A stretch of DNA of 64,000 nucleotides, taken from NCBI GenBank assembly GCA_030390025.1, contig CM059425.1, positions 162,442,001 to 162,506,000 on the forward strand. The letters are read 5' to 3'. Positions 63,517 to 64,000 of this stretch are shown piece after piece. Made by a program: the position numbers and the translations under genes. The DNA comes from Squalus acanthias (lineage: Eukaryota). A model generated the notes under the pieces. It worked only from the letters and a program-made list of their open reading frames with translations. It was not told where the DNA came from and searched no databases. Numbering within the stretch: position 1 is the stretch's first letter; each line of letters begins with the position of its first letter.

Positions 63517-64000
63517 GGCTAGGACTTTGCTCATCTTGGCGGGTCCGTGGCGGGCGACGTCGTTGGCGGGTCCCGACCCCACTGCTGGCTCCATCCCGCT
63601 CAGTGAAATAACTTTCCGTTGATGGGGCTTGTTGAGCCCGTCCAGTGCGTTCCCCAGCCAATTAGAAGAAGCGCGTCTGGTGATGTCATTTCATGACACG
63701 TCATCAGCCGGTTTCCTTAAAGGGACCATGGCCAACTTTATTTTGACATTTGTGCTGTCAGTATTCTACAACACTGAAGTGCTGACAATCACTGCACAGA
63801 GGTGCAGGGCTGCACCCAAGTTCTCCCATGACTCCCTCCATATGCTTATTGAGGGAGTTGCAGCACGCAGGGAGGTCCTCTTCCCTTCCGATGGGCGGAA
63901 GAGACCTCCCCAGGACACCCAGTTACACATTGCACAGGAGGTCACAAGCAGGGATGTTGTCAGGAGGACCTGGGTGCAGTGGCGCAAACCGTTCACGATG
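63517..64000 (+). mobile_element. Harbinger element end with a Myb/SANT exon (ATG 63728, open to the window edge); same family as 3499-5266
   Basis: Terminus ggctaggactttgc; RAAPKFSHDSLHMLIEGVAARREVLFPSDGRKRP..RTWVQWRKPF. Confidence 0.82.

Overview
Repeat-dense vertebrate genomic DNA, almost certainly from a cartilaginous fish (inferred from the repeat repertoire: CR1 and L2 LINEs, Deu-domain SINEs, Penelope pLTRs, many PIF/Harbinger elements). It looks like intronic sequence of an unidentified minus-strand gene: one well-supported coding exon at 24450-24857, plus weaker candidates. Most ORFs in the track are transposon remnants or chance ORFs. Main features: (1) a complete but decayed two-gene Harbinger (14620-18664, AAA TSD) with a DDE nuclease and a convergent 3-exon Myb/SANT gene, plus about a dozen Harbinger-type MITEs; (2) a full-length-type CR1 whose 5' end is 27 monomers of 51-52 bp, 24 of them with TATAAA, and a second CR1 5' end with related 67-bp monomers; (3) a 696-bp Penelope-type insertion with a 13-bp TSD, forming a ~320-bp hairpin with a minimal hammerhead ribozyme motif in each arm; (4) a LINE with a tRNA-like head present as three copies with progressively larger internal deletions, down to SINE size. 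No prokaryotic genes or CRISPR arrays. Family names come from recognised motifs, not database searches.
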